Source: Candidatus Gastranaerophilales bacterium
Lineage (GTDB): Bacteria > Cyanobacteriota > Vampirovibrionia > Gastranaerophilales > JANQFW01
Direction: 5' to 3'
Assembly (NCBI GenBank): GCA_028277625.1
Contig: JANQFW010000042.1
Coordinates: 2,675 to 66,674 of the forward strand
Length of the DNA stretch: 64,000 nucleotides
Positions 16,433 to 25,905 of this stretch are shown here, piece after piece. The notes below the pieces were generated by a model. That model saw only the letters and a list, made by a program, of their open reading frames with translations, was not told the DNA's origin and made no database searches. A program made the translations under genes and the position numbers. Numbering within the stretch: the first letter of the stretch is position 1; every line of letters begins with the position of its first letter.

Positions 16433-17554
16433 CTAATTATTTACAGATGGAGAGTTATATATTTTTATTAATGTATTTAAATCTCTTACCACCGGCGCAT
16501 CTTTTGCATGCTGAATGCTTCTTTTTAAAGGAGCCTCTTCTGATGATTTAAAATCAATATCGTTTTTAACTTCGTAAAAGTCGTACATTAAGTCTAGCGG
16601 GCTTCTACTATGCCCCCAGATACCTAGTGCGTGTCCTAGCTCGTGTGCAATAATTTTATGCAAATACGGCGAGCTATGATATTTACCGATGTTTATTAAA
16701 ACTTTGAATTTAGAAGATCTTTCTTCTGTTAAGATGGGTGTGGTTTTACAAGTTCTATCAGGATTCCAGCTTATTATAATATCGGCAGCTTTTTTATTTT
16801 TTGTAACTGATAGATAAAGATGTTTATTCCAAAGCTTTATAGCGTGCTTTGCGTATTCTTCTATACCTTTTTTAGCCGGCTCTTCAATATAAATAAGCAC
16901 AGGGAAATGTGTCCATCTAAGAGTTTCATTCTTTTTAGATTTTGCAATGCGCGAAAAATAATCACCAAAGCTGTCTTCATATTTAATATCAAAAAACTCT
17001 TCTTTTGTGCTTTCTCTCTCAGGCTTATCTTCTACTATCCAGTCAGGAGGTTCGATTTTTATTTTATTCTCTTTTTCATCATCATCAGTAGATATTACGA
17101 TGGTTTTTGATTGTACTGGAATTTTTTCTGCTAACCTTTTAAATCGCTCATCCAACGTACCTGTGAAGGAGCGTCCAAATACGGTTTCTTCTAACCTTGC
17201 AAGGCGTATTTGCATTGATTCAGTATTGTATTCTGTGTTAAAAAATTTGTTTTCCATTAGCTTTATTAAAGCTTCGTGAGGATAGTCACCTTTTGAATAT
17301 AAATAGCTTTTTATTCTTACTACTCTTTTATTTAAATTGCCTATAGAGGATTGACCATAAATTGACTGTTCAATACGGTTCAGGCGTTTGAAAATATCAT
17401 CTCTATTGTAATTTTCTTTGTATAGCGTACGTTCTACCCGCTCTACTTCTGCTAGTATGTTTACTTTTTGAGCCGGTGCGTTATAAATGCCTTTCGCTGA
17501 TGCGAATGCGAGGGAGCTAATAAATATTGCTATAGTTAATAGTAGTTTTTTCAT
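16433..17554 (-). CDS. Secreted putative zinc metalloprotease (metzincin-like HELGHALGIWGHS)
   Basis: 373 aa. Signal peptide MKKLLLTIAIFISSLAFASA. HExxH is embedded in HELGHALGIWGH near the C-terminus. The N-terminal half has two copies of a roughly 45-aa R-L-x-R-[IL]-E-x-x-[IV]-[YF]-G motif. Confidence 0.55.
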   Translation of the reverse strand: MKKLLLTIAIFISSLAFASAKGIYNAPAQKVNILAEVERVERTLYKENYNRDDIFKRLNRIEQSIYGQSSIGNLNKRVVRIKSYLYSKGDYPHEALIKLMENKFFNTEYNTESMQIRLARLEETVFGRSFTGTLDERFKRLAEKIPVQSKTIVISTDDDEKENKIKIEPPDWIVEDKPERESTKEEFFDIKYEDSFGDYFSRIAKSKKNETLRWTHFPVLIYIEEPAKKGIEEYAKHAIKLWNKHLYLSVTKNKKAADIIISWNPDRTCKTTPILTEERSSKFKVLINIGKYHSSPYLHKIIAHELGHALGIWGHSRSPLDLMYDFYEVKNDIDFKSSEEAPLKRSIQHAKDAPVVRDLNTLIKIYNSPSVNN

Positions 17555-17562
17555 TCTTATAT

Positions 17563-18216
17563 TTACTGATTTTTATACTTTTCATGTGATACAACTTGAT
17601 TAAAATCTTTTCTGGCCTTTTTGGGAGGTGCTTTAGAGTCATCTGGATAGCCAAGTACTAAAAGATTTATGATTTCCATATTATCAGGCAAATTTAGCTT
17701 TTGCTTTACTTTAGCAGAGACGTTTTCGAGTTCGCCTGTTAATTTATTACCTATGGCACCTATAATACATGCCCCTAAACCTTGATTCTGTGCTTCTAGG
17801 GTCATATAAGCTACTGAGTAGGTAACTTGTTCTATTGTTCTATATAAAACTGCATCTACACTACGCTCACCAGGATTATACATTGGTGAGTTAACTAAAA
17901 AATCTATTTTTTCTGGAGTTAGACCAGCCTTAGCTTCAACAGTTTTTCTAAAATTTGCTTTTTCCCAGGCGCTAAGGTCTCCACAGCATGCAATTATTAA
18001 CAGTGCATTTTGCACATGTTTTTGACCATTTGAGAGTTGGCCCATTAGGTTGATTGTTTCTTTATCTTTTATTATTATATTATGCCAGGGTTGGACATTT
18101 ATCCACGAAGGAGCCAGGCGTCCTGCTTCTAAAACTGCGTTAATCTTATCATCAGAAGGCATTTCTTCTTTAAAGTGTCTTACACTATATCTGTTTTGAA
18201 TAACATCAAGGCCCAT
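17563..18216 (-). CDS. Nitroreductase family protein
   Basis: 217 aa. RYSVRHFKEE at the N-terminus, LEAGRLAPSWINVQPW, and a C-terminal LVLGYP block typical of the FMN nitroreductase fold. Confidence 0.8.
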   Translation of the reverse strand: MGLDVIQNRYSVRHFKEEMPSDDKINAVLEAGRLAPSWINVQPWHNIIIKDKETINLMGQLSNGQKHVQNALLIIACCGDLSAWEKANFRKTVEAKAGLTPEKIDFLVNSPMYNPGERSVDAVLYRTIEQVTYSVAYMTLEAQNQGLGACIIGAIGNKLTGELENVSAKVKQKLNLPDNMEIINLLVLGYPDDSKAPPKKARKDFNQVVSHEKYKNQ

Positions 18217-18489
18217 CCTTCTTAACTCCTTTTTATTGTTTGGACTAATTCTGCATTAAATTTTGTACAGTACAAATAATATTCTACTATAGCAAGCTTC
18301 TATCTACAATAAGATGTTACAATTATGTGATGATTGATTTAAGTAAAAAGATAAAAAAGCTAACTGCTAAGTTTGTAGTGTATCCCCAAAAAAAATTTTC
18401 TTTGAGGAAGAATAAGAAATTATGGCAATGCTGTTTGGAATTAAATAGTTTAATATTGCTATGTTTGAAAAATTGGAGGTAATCTTAAT

Positions 18490-21318
18490 ATGTTACAGAT
18501 CCTAGATTTCATCCTTTCAAAGTTTAGCAAAATTTCTCTTATTATCGTTGAAAAAATAATCAATACAATTATTTATATTTTAAATATATTTCGTACTAGT
18601 TTTTATCTAAATAAAGCTGAAAAAAATATCAAAGAAGAAAATTATGAACTTGGAATTAAAAATTTGGAGAAAGCTGCAAGGTACGTTGATAACAATAGTA
18701 CAGGAGAGAGGTATTACATTATTCACTATAAAACTGGCAAGTGTTACTTTCACCTTGCACAGAAAAAAAATGATATAGAGAGTTACAAAAAAGCAAAAAA
18801 TCATTTTGAGAAAGCTATTATTAAATTTTCTTATTATGACAAGAGTGAATATAAAAAATTAAACAAATTCTTAATGAATATAAAAGATAATATTTTTAAA
18901 TATGAGTACAAGCAATATAATTTTGATAGTACCAAAATCAGAAATTCAATAGATAATATAAAGGAAGCACTTGAAGGTTATAAATTTGACTCTTCTGATA
19001 AACTACAAGCCCTAATATATGCTGAAATACAAAGTAACTTAGCTACTTGTTATACTAAAGAATTAGAAAATGAAAATAACAATGATTATATTAAAAAGGT
19101 TCTACTCGCATATCATGAATGCTTAAGAGTTTATAGCCCAAGCGAATACACGGAAAAATATCTAAATAATATTGAAAAACTAGGTGTCTTTTATATAAAC
19201 AACATGTCTAGCAACCAGGATAATTTATCTACTGCTATTAATCATTTAAACAATGCTCTTCACATTTATTTATCCAATTTTAAAGCTTACGAAAGAGAAG
19301 TATCAAGAATAAACTATTATCTGGGAAAAGCTTTTTATAAAATGGGAAAAATTGAAAACTCAAAAGATAACTATAATAAAGCTATTGAATGTTTAAAGCT
19401 AGCAAATAATGATTCTGTGAAAAAAGAAGAATCCGAAAAATTAGCTCAAATACTTGATTTAAAAGGATTATGCTATATGAAACTTTTTAAGTTAATCGAT
19501 AACAAAGCAAATCTGGAAAAATCCAATAAATCCTACGAGGAGGTTTTATCAATTTATCAGTCAGGTAAATCTGACGATAAACTATTAAGACTATGTTACG
19601 TTCGTTGTCATATAGGATTAAATTACTTAAACTTGGCAAAAATTGAGAACGTACAAATTAACTTGGACAACGCGTTAAATAAATACATGCAGGCGTTTAA
19701 TGATTATGAAAACATTATCAAAAATACAAATGAAAACAGACTGCTGGAAATTAATAAAAAAGACAAAATTAAGTACGAAGCCTGCTATCATAGAAGCCGT
19801 ATTTATCTTTTTAAAGCAGAAGTGAAAGATACAAAAGAAAATATAGGCTATGCATTAGAGGACATAGAAGAATCTAAAAAGTCAATTCCATCTAAGGTTG
19901 AGCCTGAATTTATTTGTAAGCTATCAAGCGTCAGGGCAAAAGCTTTAACAATAAAAAGTGAACTTGTGGATAGAGGTAAAAACTTAGAATTAGCAAATGA
20001 AAATATTAGCTGCTCGATCGATAACATAAATAAGGAAAAAAATCCTATTTATTATTCTAACTTTATGAATAGAAAAGGAGATATTTTTATAGAATTGTCT
20101 CATATTAGAAAAAAAAATAAACAGTTAAAAACAGCTGAAGAGGCTTATGAAGAAGCTTTAAGTATTAAAACTCTTGAAAAATATCCTATAGGAAATGCTA
20201 TTACTCATAAAAAGCTGGTTAATTTGTTTATTGAAAAAGCAAAAATTAAAAACACTCAGGAGAATTTAGATGAAGCTTGCAAGCATATTAAAAATGCAAA
20301 TGTTTTTTGTTCTAAAATAGTAAATCTCCCTTATGAACTTGGTAAAATATATGTTCACTGTGGCCAAATTCAACATTTATTCAGCAAAATCAAAAAAAAC
20401 TATAATGGTTATAGCAATGCAAGTGAAGCATCTTTTAATAAAGCTCTAGATATATTTACATCAGAAAATTTTCCCATTTGGCATACGAAAATTGAATATC
20501 AGTTGTGTGATTTAAAAATTACAATAGTAAAAATTGACTATATAAAAAATAAAGAGAATAAGCTAGACAAAGAGATACTTATAGACACTATATTTAAACT
20601 TGAAGACATTCTAAAAATTATGAAAGATCAGGGTTACATTTATAAGCAAGCAAAAATTTGCAGCAAACTTGCAGATTGTTACTTAATGCTAGCATCAGAT
20701 GATATAATTGGAGATAAAGAATCAAAGCATCTTGAAAGTGCTGAAAACTACTTAAATGAGACACAGAATATATTTAAACCTGACTCTAGCCCTTTAGATT
20801 ATTCTGATCTAGCCAATAGACTGGGGTATTTGTCTTATTTAAAATATTTAGAACATTCTAATAATGAAAATCTGTTTAATGAAGCAGAAAAATATTATAA
20901 AGAGGCGCTGGACAAAAGACCTTTCAAAGATTATCCGATACATCAAGCTTATATACTTGAAAATATGGGAGACTTATATTTGGAAAAAGCCTCAAAGGTT
21001 GAAAGCAGTGAAGGCTCTCAAAGATATAAGGATAATGCTAAAGATTGCTACGAAAAAGCGATGTCTGTATTTATCTCGGAAAACTATGTTCATGACATAG
21101 AAAATTTGAGAACCAAGTTGGAAAAAGCATACTTACACGATATATTAATTAATGATGAGCTAAGAAGTAGTTCTATTAACGATGTATTAACCAGTAAAGA
21201 TTTAACAAGCAAATACATTGATGATATATTAAAAAATGACAAGCTAAAAGATCTTATAGAGAAAGAGATTAATCGTAGTGAATCAGCAATACAGCTAAAA
21301 AATCAGGGTGATAAATAG
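18490..21318 (+). CDS. Large TPR-like helical-repeat protein, function unknown
   Basis: 942 aa. GGAGG lies 9 nt upstream of the ATG. Hydrophobic N-terminus. Many roughly 34-40-aa helical units of the form A..Y...A/L...P (e.g. AEEAYEEALSIKTLEKYP, AEKYYKEALDKRPFKDYP). Confidence 0.55.
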   Translation: MLQILDFILSKFSKISLIIVEKIINTIIYILNIFRTSFYLNKAEKNIKEENYELGIKNLEKAARYVDNNSTGERYYIIHYKTGKCYFHLAQKKNDIESYKKAKNHFEKAIIKFSYYDKSEYKKLNKFLMNIKDNIFKYEYKQYNFDSTKIRNSIDNIKEALEGYKFDSSDKLQALIYAEIQSNLATCYTKELENENNNDYIKKVLLAYHECLRVYSPSEYTEKYLNNIEKLGVFYINNMSSNQDNLSTAINHLNNALHIYLSNFKAYEREVSRINYYLGKAFYKMGKIENSKDNYNKAIECLKLANNDSVKKEESEKLAQILDLKGLCYMKLFKLIDNKANLEKSNKSYEEVLSIYQSGKSDDKLLRLCYVRCHIGLNYLNLAKIENVQINLDNALNKYMQAFNDYENIIKNTNENRLLEINKKDKIKYEACYHRSRIYLFKAEVKDTKENIGYALEDIEESKKSIPSKVEPEFICKLSSVRAKALTIKSELVDRGKNLELANENISCSIDNINKEKNPIYYSNFMNRKGDIFIELSHIRKKNKQLKTAEEAYEEALSIKTLEKYPIGNAITHKKLVNLFIEKAKIKNTQENLDEACKHIKNANVFCSKIVNLPYELGKIYVHCGQIQHLFSKIKKNYNGYSNASEASFNKALDIFTSENFPIWHTKIEYQLCDLKITIVKIDYIKNKENKLDKEILIDTIFKLEDILKIMKDQGYIYKQAKICSKLADCYLMLASDDIIGDKESKHLESAENYLNETQNIFKPDSSPLDYSDLANRLGYLSYLKYLEHSNNENLFNEAEKYYKEALDKRPFKDYPIHQAYILENMGDLYLEKASKVESSEGSQRYKDNAKDCYEKAMSVFISENYVHDIENLRTKLEKAYLHDILINDELRSSSINDVLTSKDLTSKYIDDILKNDKLKDLIEKEINRSESAIQLKNQGDK

Positions 21319-21468
21319 ATATTATAGAAAAACATATTAAAAATGAACATTAAATATTATCGATGCTATTGAAGCAAAAAAATAATAATGTTAGAATCAA
21401 TAAATAGAAATAATATTAAATTTAGAGCTAAAAAATATTTATTTAATATATGCAGCCTGGAGAATTTT

Positions 21469-21903
21469 ATGATCAGAAATTTAACTTTTATTAAAACAAT
21501 TTTAATGAAAGGTGTAATAGATAAAGAGGAAATGCATCGACTAGTGGAAGAATATCAAGAAGATGCGTTTTCAATATTGCAGCATCTTGTAACAGAAAGC
21601 CCGCACAGAAAAGAAGAATTTGCAAGGCTATGGGGCGATTCTTTAGGCTTGAGTTACGTAAATCTTAAAAAAACTTTTTTCCAAAAAGATGTAATGTTTA
21701 AAATTCCGCAGGATTATGCAATGGAAAACAAAGTAATTGCAATTTATCAATTTGGTCACGTTACTACAGTAGCACTTTCTGACCCTACTCATCCTTTTTT
21801 AAAAGAAGATGTTGCTAAGTATTTGAATACGCCTGTTAATGTTGTTTTTTCTATGCCCGATGAAATTGAAGATGCGATATTTAGCCAATATCAATCTGAT
21901 TAA
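21469..21903 (+). CDS. Stand-alone T2SSE_N (GspE/MshE N-terminal)-like domain protein
   Basis: The track ORF starts at 21388. I prefer the ATG at 21469, which has GGAGA 6 nt upstream. The sequence GVIDKEEMHRLVEEYQ...LGLSYVNLKKTFFQKDVMFKIPQDYAMENKVIAIYQFGHVTTVALSDPTHPFLKEDVAKYLNTPVNVVFSMPDEIEDAI follows the N-terminal domain pattern of PilB/GspE. No ATPase domain is attached. Confidence 0.6.
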   Translation: MIRNLTFIKTILMKGVIDKEEMHRLVEEYQEDAFSILQHLVTESPHRKEEFARLWGDSLGLSYVNLKKTFFQKDVMFKIPQDYAMENKVIAIYQFGHVTTVALSDPTHPFLKEDVAKYLNTPVNVVFSMPDEIEDAIFSQYQSD

Positions 21904-21937
21904 ATATTATTAAAATTAACTCTTATTCAACTTTGTT

Positions 21938-21986
21938 AATAGAAGCCTTTATGTTAATCTTATTAAGGTTTCTATTATTTTTTTAT
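21938..21986 (+). terminator. Rho-independent terminator candidate
   Basis: AATAGAAGCCTT (21938-21949) pairs with AAGGTTTCTATT (21965-21976), with one G-U pair. It is followed by ATTTTTTTATTT. Confidence 0.5.
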
Positions 21987-22105
21987 TTAGGGAATATATT
22001 ATACTAGTTAATAAACAACTAATTAAATAATACCAAAATAATTTCAAAGCTAGTGGATATTCAACCTAATATAACCACAAGGGAAGGATAAAGAGAGGAT
22101 TAATA

Positions 22106-23653
22106 ATGAATAATAAAAGAGTCTTACTTACGATCATGGATGGCTGGGGCTATGGAGAAGAAAATTCAACAAATGCCATATATATTGCAAACACACCAAA
22201 CTTTGATCATATAACTAAAACATATCCTAATACCAAGATATATGCTGATGGCGAACACGTAGGCTTGCCTGACGGACAAATGGGAAATTCTGAAGTGGGA
22301 CACCTTAACCTTGGTGCCGGCAGAATTGTTTTTCAAGAGCTTACAAGAATTAATAATGCAATCAAAACTGGTGAGCTATTTAAAAATGAACAGTTTTTAA
22401 AAGCTATTGACCACGTTAAAGCAAATGATTCTTCAATACATTTAGTTGGACTTGTTAGTGATGGTGGTGTTCATAGCTCTATGGACCACTTATTTGCACT
22501 AATTGACCTTGCTAAAGAAAAAGGACTAAAAAAAGTCTATGTTCACGCACTTTTAGATGGCAGAGATACTCCTCCGAAAAGTGCTGTTGGCTATGTAGCG
22601 CAAGTAAATAAAAAGCTTTCTGAATGTGGCCTGTCGCAAGTGGCTAGTGTAATTGGTCGTTACTATGCAATGGACAGAGATCAAAGATGGGATAGAGTTG
22701 AAAAAGCATATAATTGTTTAATCTCTGGTGAAGGTGAAAAGGCTGCATCTGGTGAAGTTGGCATAGAAAATTGCTATAAAAATGACATTACAGACGAGTT
22801 TGTTTTACCAACTATTGTTGATGGTGCACAATCAAGAATCAGCGATAATGATGCGGTTATTTTCTTTAACTTTAGGCCGGATAGGGCAAGAGAAATAACT
22901 AAAGCTATAAATGGAAAAGATTTTGATGGATTTGACAGAAAAAAAGTTGTAAATAATCTGTATTATATTTGCATGACTCAGTATGATGAGACTTTTAACA
23001 TGCCTATAGCTTATCCTCCTCAAGAGTTCAAACAAATTCTTGGTGATGTTTTGGAAAGTAATGGTATTAAACAGTACAGAACCGCTGAAACTGAAAAATA
23101 CGCGCACGTTACATTTTTCTTTAACGGTGGTGTAGAAAAGCCATATCCTGGAGAAACTAGAGTTTTAGTTAATTCTCCTAAGGTTGCTACTTACGATCTG
23201 CAGCCGGAAATGAGCGCGCCTGAGGTAACTGAAAAAGTTATTGAAGCAGTTAAAAATAACAAATATCAATTTATATTAGTTAACTTTGCTAACCCTGATA
23301 TGGTAGGGCATACCGGAGTAAAAGAAGCTGCTGTAAAAGCAATTGAAACCATTGATGATACACTTGGGCAAATTTTAAAAGCTGTTAAAGAAGAAAATGT
23401 AACTATGCTTCTAACTGCTGATCATGGCAATGCTGAAAAAATGATTGATTGTGAAACTAATCAGCCGTTTACTGCTCATACTACAAATATGGTGCCATTT
23501 GCCGTTATCAATTATGATAAAGAAATAAAGTTGCAAGAAGGTGGCAAGCTAGCAGACGTAGCACCTACGGTTTTGGACATTATGGAGATTGAAAAGCCAG
23601 AAGAAATGACAGGATTGAGTCTTTTATCCAAAGTTGGTATGACATCTAAGTAA
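22106..23653 (+). CDS. gpmI: 2,3-bisphosphoglycerate-independent phosphoglycerate mutase
   Basis: 515 aa. Contains LTIMDGWG, GNSEVGHLNLGAGR, SDGGVHS, DGRDTPP, NFANPDMVGHTG and ADHGNAE. This is the full iPGM signature. Confidence 0.95.
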   Translation: MNNKRVLLTIMDGWGYGEENSTNAIYIANTPNFDHITKTYPNTKIYADGEHVGLPDGQMGNSEVGHLNLGAGRIVFQELTRINNAIKTGELFKNEQFLKAIDHVKANDSSIHLVGLVSDGGVHSSMDHLFALIDLAKEKGLKKVYVHALLDGRDTPPKSAVGYVAQVNKKLSECGLSQVASVIGRYYAMDRDQRWDRVEKAYNCLISGEGEKAASGEVGIENCYKNDITDEFVLPTIVDGAQSRISDNDAVIFFNFRPDRAREITKAINGKDFDGFDRKKVVNNLYYICMTQYDETFNMPIAYPPQEFKQILGDVLESNGIKQYRTAETEKYAHVTFFFNGGVEKPYPGETRVLVNSPKVATYDLQPEMSAPEVTEKVIEAVKNNKYQFILVNFANPDMVGHTGVKEAAVKAIETIDDTLGQILKAVKEENVTMLLTADHGNAEKMIDCETNQPFTAHTTNMVPFAVINYDKEIKLQEGGKLADVAPTVLDIMEIEKPEEMTGLSLLSKVGMTSK

Positions 23654-23686
23654 ATCTTTTTACAATTAGACAATAATCTTTAAAAA

Positions 23687-23717
23687 CCAGAGGGTTTAAA
23701 TGCACCTCTGGTTTTTT
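23687..23717 (+). terminator. Rho-independent terminator of gpmI
   Basis: CCAGAGG (23687-23693), an 11-nt loop, CCTCTGG (23705-23711), then TTTTTT (23712-23717). Confidence 0.75.
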
Positions 23718-23874
23718 GGTCTTTAAAATACGTTTTATAAAGGATTATTTTAAGAAAAAATTTTTTCATAATTATAATTAGAAAATAAAAAATTCTCCCC
23801 TTGATAGGTGATTAAGGGGTAGATATAAATATCCCTTAATGAGAGATTAGATAAACTATGGGAATAAATTAAAA

Positions 23875-24510
23875 TTGAATGGATTTGGTCGCTTAACGCT
23901 AAATAATTTTAATAATCAAAATCCGATTGCGCCTAAAAACTTAAATATTGGTGCGCAAAATCCTATTAAGCAAGAAAAGCTTAAGAAAACTGAGCGCAAA
24001 AAAAGCAAAAAAAAGGGCGAAAATTTAAACCCTGAAGAATTTGGAATTTCTGAGAACAGTGCTATAGAAAACTTAGCTGCTGAATCTTTAAAATATGAGC
24101 TAAAGCTAGATCTTGTTGAGCAGCAATTAACAGCGCTGGAAAGTGAAATAAAATTAGCCAGAAATTCTGGTGATGAAGATGCAAACTTGTTTGCTGATAG
24201 GCTAGAAGAAAAAAAATTAAAAAAAGAAGAAGATATAAAAAAATTTCGTGAGGAATACAGAAACCTGGGATTTCCTAACAAATTGGCTGATAGCATTGAT
24301 AGCAGTTATAAGAGTATAGCAAAGATATTTAAAACCGAACAAACCAACCAAATCATTGAGTCAAAGAAGAAAAGCTTAGCTACTCCTTTTTTATCAAAAA
24401 CTATCGAGATTAAAAATTCTATCACTAAAATGGTTGAGGAGCAGAAAGATCATCGCCCCAGATCATACAATCCTTTTTCACCCTTTGATAATAATTCATT
24501 GACGCAATAG
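23875..24510 (+). CDS. Hypothetical K/E-rich coiled-coil protein
   Basis: 211 aa. TTG start with no clear SD. The composition suggests a coiled coil. A 126-aa antisense shadow ORF also exists. Weak call. Confidence 0.4.
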   Translation: MNGFGRLTLNNFNNQNPIAPKNLNIGAQNPIKQEKLKKTERKKSKKKGENLNPEEFGISENSAIENLAAESLKYELKLDLVEQQLTALESEIKLARNSGDEDANLFADRLEEKKLKKEEDIKKFREEYRNLGFPNKLADSIDSSYKSIAKIFKTEQTNQIIESKKKSLATPFLSKTIEIKNSITKMVEEQKDHRPRSYNPFSPFDNNSLTQ

Positions 24511-24591
24511 TTAACTAAGCAAAGAAAAACCCTGACAACACTAAGGTTATCAGGGATTCTACAAAGTAAATTTTTGCAAATTTACTTATAC

Positions 24592-25596
24592 TTATTGAAT
24601 TGGCCTTTTATCTGTTACATCAAACTTATTTGCCTCTGCATTTGTTAATTTTTTATTTTCGGTTACAGCTTTGCCTATTATACCACCAGGATTGGTAAAC
24701 TCGCCTGCCGGGTCAACTGTGATACCGCTACTTTCAGCTTTTAATCTTATGTTAGAGTCTTTTTCTGGTGAGTCTAGTCTCATTTGCTTATTTTTGTAAG
24801 AAACATGCGTACCGTCTTTTAGGTCATACTCACCGGCTTTTAGCTTTTTGTCATTCAATGTAGCTGCGCCTTTTTTATCAAAAGTTATAACATCATCTCC
24901 AGCTTTTACTCTGGCTTTTCCTATTACTTGAGGATTATCTGGATCTTTGGCATAAGGAACATATTTGCCGTCAACCTGAAAGTTATCGCCTTTGAATACA
25001 TTATATGTGTGATTATCTTTACCTTTGTGATCAAACTTTATATCATTACCGTTTTCTCCTTTTAAATGATAATGCGGGTCACCCCATGCACCTTTGCCAT
25101 CATCCGGTATTGTAGTAGTATCATCTCCACCTGGCGTTGTGTCTGTACCCGGTGTTGTATCATCTCCACCTGGTGTAGTATCTATACCTGGAGGGAACGC
25201 ATTGCCAATATTGTTATTTACCTGCGTTACATTATTACCGCCAACATTAGTATTAAGTTGTGACAATATTCCACTAAACATATTATCTATAGAGGTATCG
25301 CCACCTGTTATAGTATCTGTAGCCGGTGGAATAGCATTACCAATATTGTTATTTGCTTGCATTACATTATTACCGCAAAAATTAGCATTAAACTGTGACA
25401 ACAGCCCACCAAGTATATTATTATTTGATTGTTGTGAATTTTCTCCCCCAAAATCCATATTTACTTGTTTAGCTAAATCACTAAAAATACTGTTATTTGA
25501 CTGCAACGCGTTTAAACTGTTGAACGCAACATTTGTTTGTTTAGATATTGATTGTGGTAGGCATTGCTTAATTAAATTAGATACATCTAAGCTCAT
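24592..25596 (-). CDS. Repeat-containing protein with W-G-D-P-H motif (DUF1521/VWD-like putative autocleavage module)
   Basis: 334 aa. AAGAGGAG SD upstream. No signal peptide. The N/Q/G-rich N-terminal half carries a duplicated roughly 45-aa unit and GGDDTTPG micro-repeats. AWGDPHYHLKGENGNDIKFDHKG follows (GDPH encoded at 25083-25072), then a beta-rich roughly 160-aa domain. Confidence 0.55.
   Translation of the reverse strand: MSLDVSNLIKQCLPQSISKQTNVAFNSLNALQSNNSIFSDLAKQVNMDFGGENSQQSNNNILGGLLSQFNANFCGNNVMQANNNIGNAIPPATDTITGGDTSIDNMFSGILSQLNTNVGGNNVTQVNNNIGNAFPPGIDTTPGGDDTTPGTDTTPGGDDTTTIPDDGKGAWGDPHYHLKGENGNDIKFDHKGKDNHTYNVFKGDNFQVDGKYVPYAKDPDNPQVIGKARVKAGDDVITFDKKGAATLNDKKLKAGEYDLKDGTHVSYKNKQMRLDSPEKDSNIRLKAESSGITVDPAGEFTNPGGIIGKAVTENKKLTNAEANKFDVTDKRPIQ
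25147..25416 (-). repeat. Intragenic tandem duplication (about 135 nt x2) plus GGDDTTPG micro-repeats
   Basis: The protein units ILGGLLSQFNANFCGNNVMQANNNIGNAIPPATDTITGGD and FSGILSQLNTNVGGNNVTQVNNNIGNAFPPGIDTTPGGD are encoded by clearly similar DNA. Compare ...CCAATATTGTTATTT[AG]C[CT]TGC[GA]TTACATTATTACCGC... at ~25200-25250 and ~25335-25385. Confidence 0.6.
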
Positions 25597-25905
25597 TCCT
25601 CAAGTCTCCTCTTATCTTCTCTTTTAAGGAAATAGTAAAAAATTCTATTTATTGCATCTTTAACTTTTTAAAGCATAAGTAGTTCAAGTTATTTACTGAA
25701 TAACAACCGTTATGTGTTTTAAATTTCTACAAACAGCAATTATTCTCAGAAATTTTTAAACATTCTGCAAAGTACTATATTGTTTGTTTTAGGCTTTTTC
25801 TTATTTCTCGTTCTCAACTCTCTCTGACTATATAAAAACTTTTCTAATGAAAGAATTGCTATTTAAAATATATTGTTTTTATATCTTGAAAAAATAATTC
25901 AATTT

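Noticed and set aside
25094-25627. 177-aa plus-strand ORF
   Set aside because: It is antisense to the repeat region of the GDPH-motif gene. The repeats keep both strands open. The minus-strand gene has a strong SD and a structured C-terminal domain.
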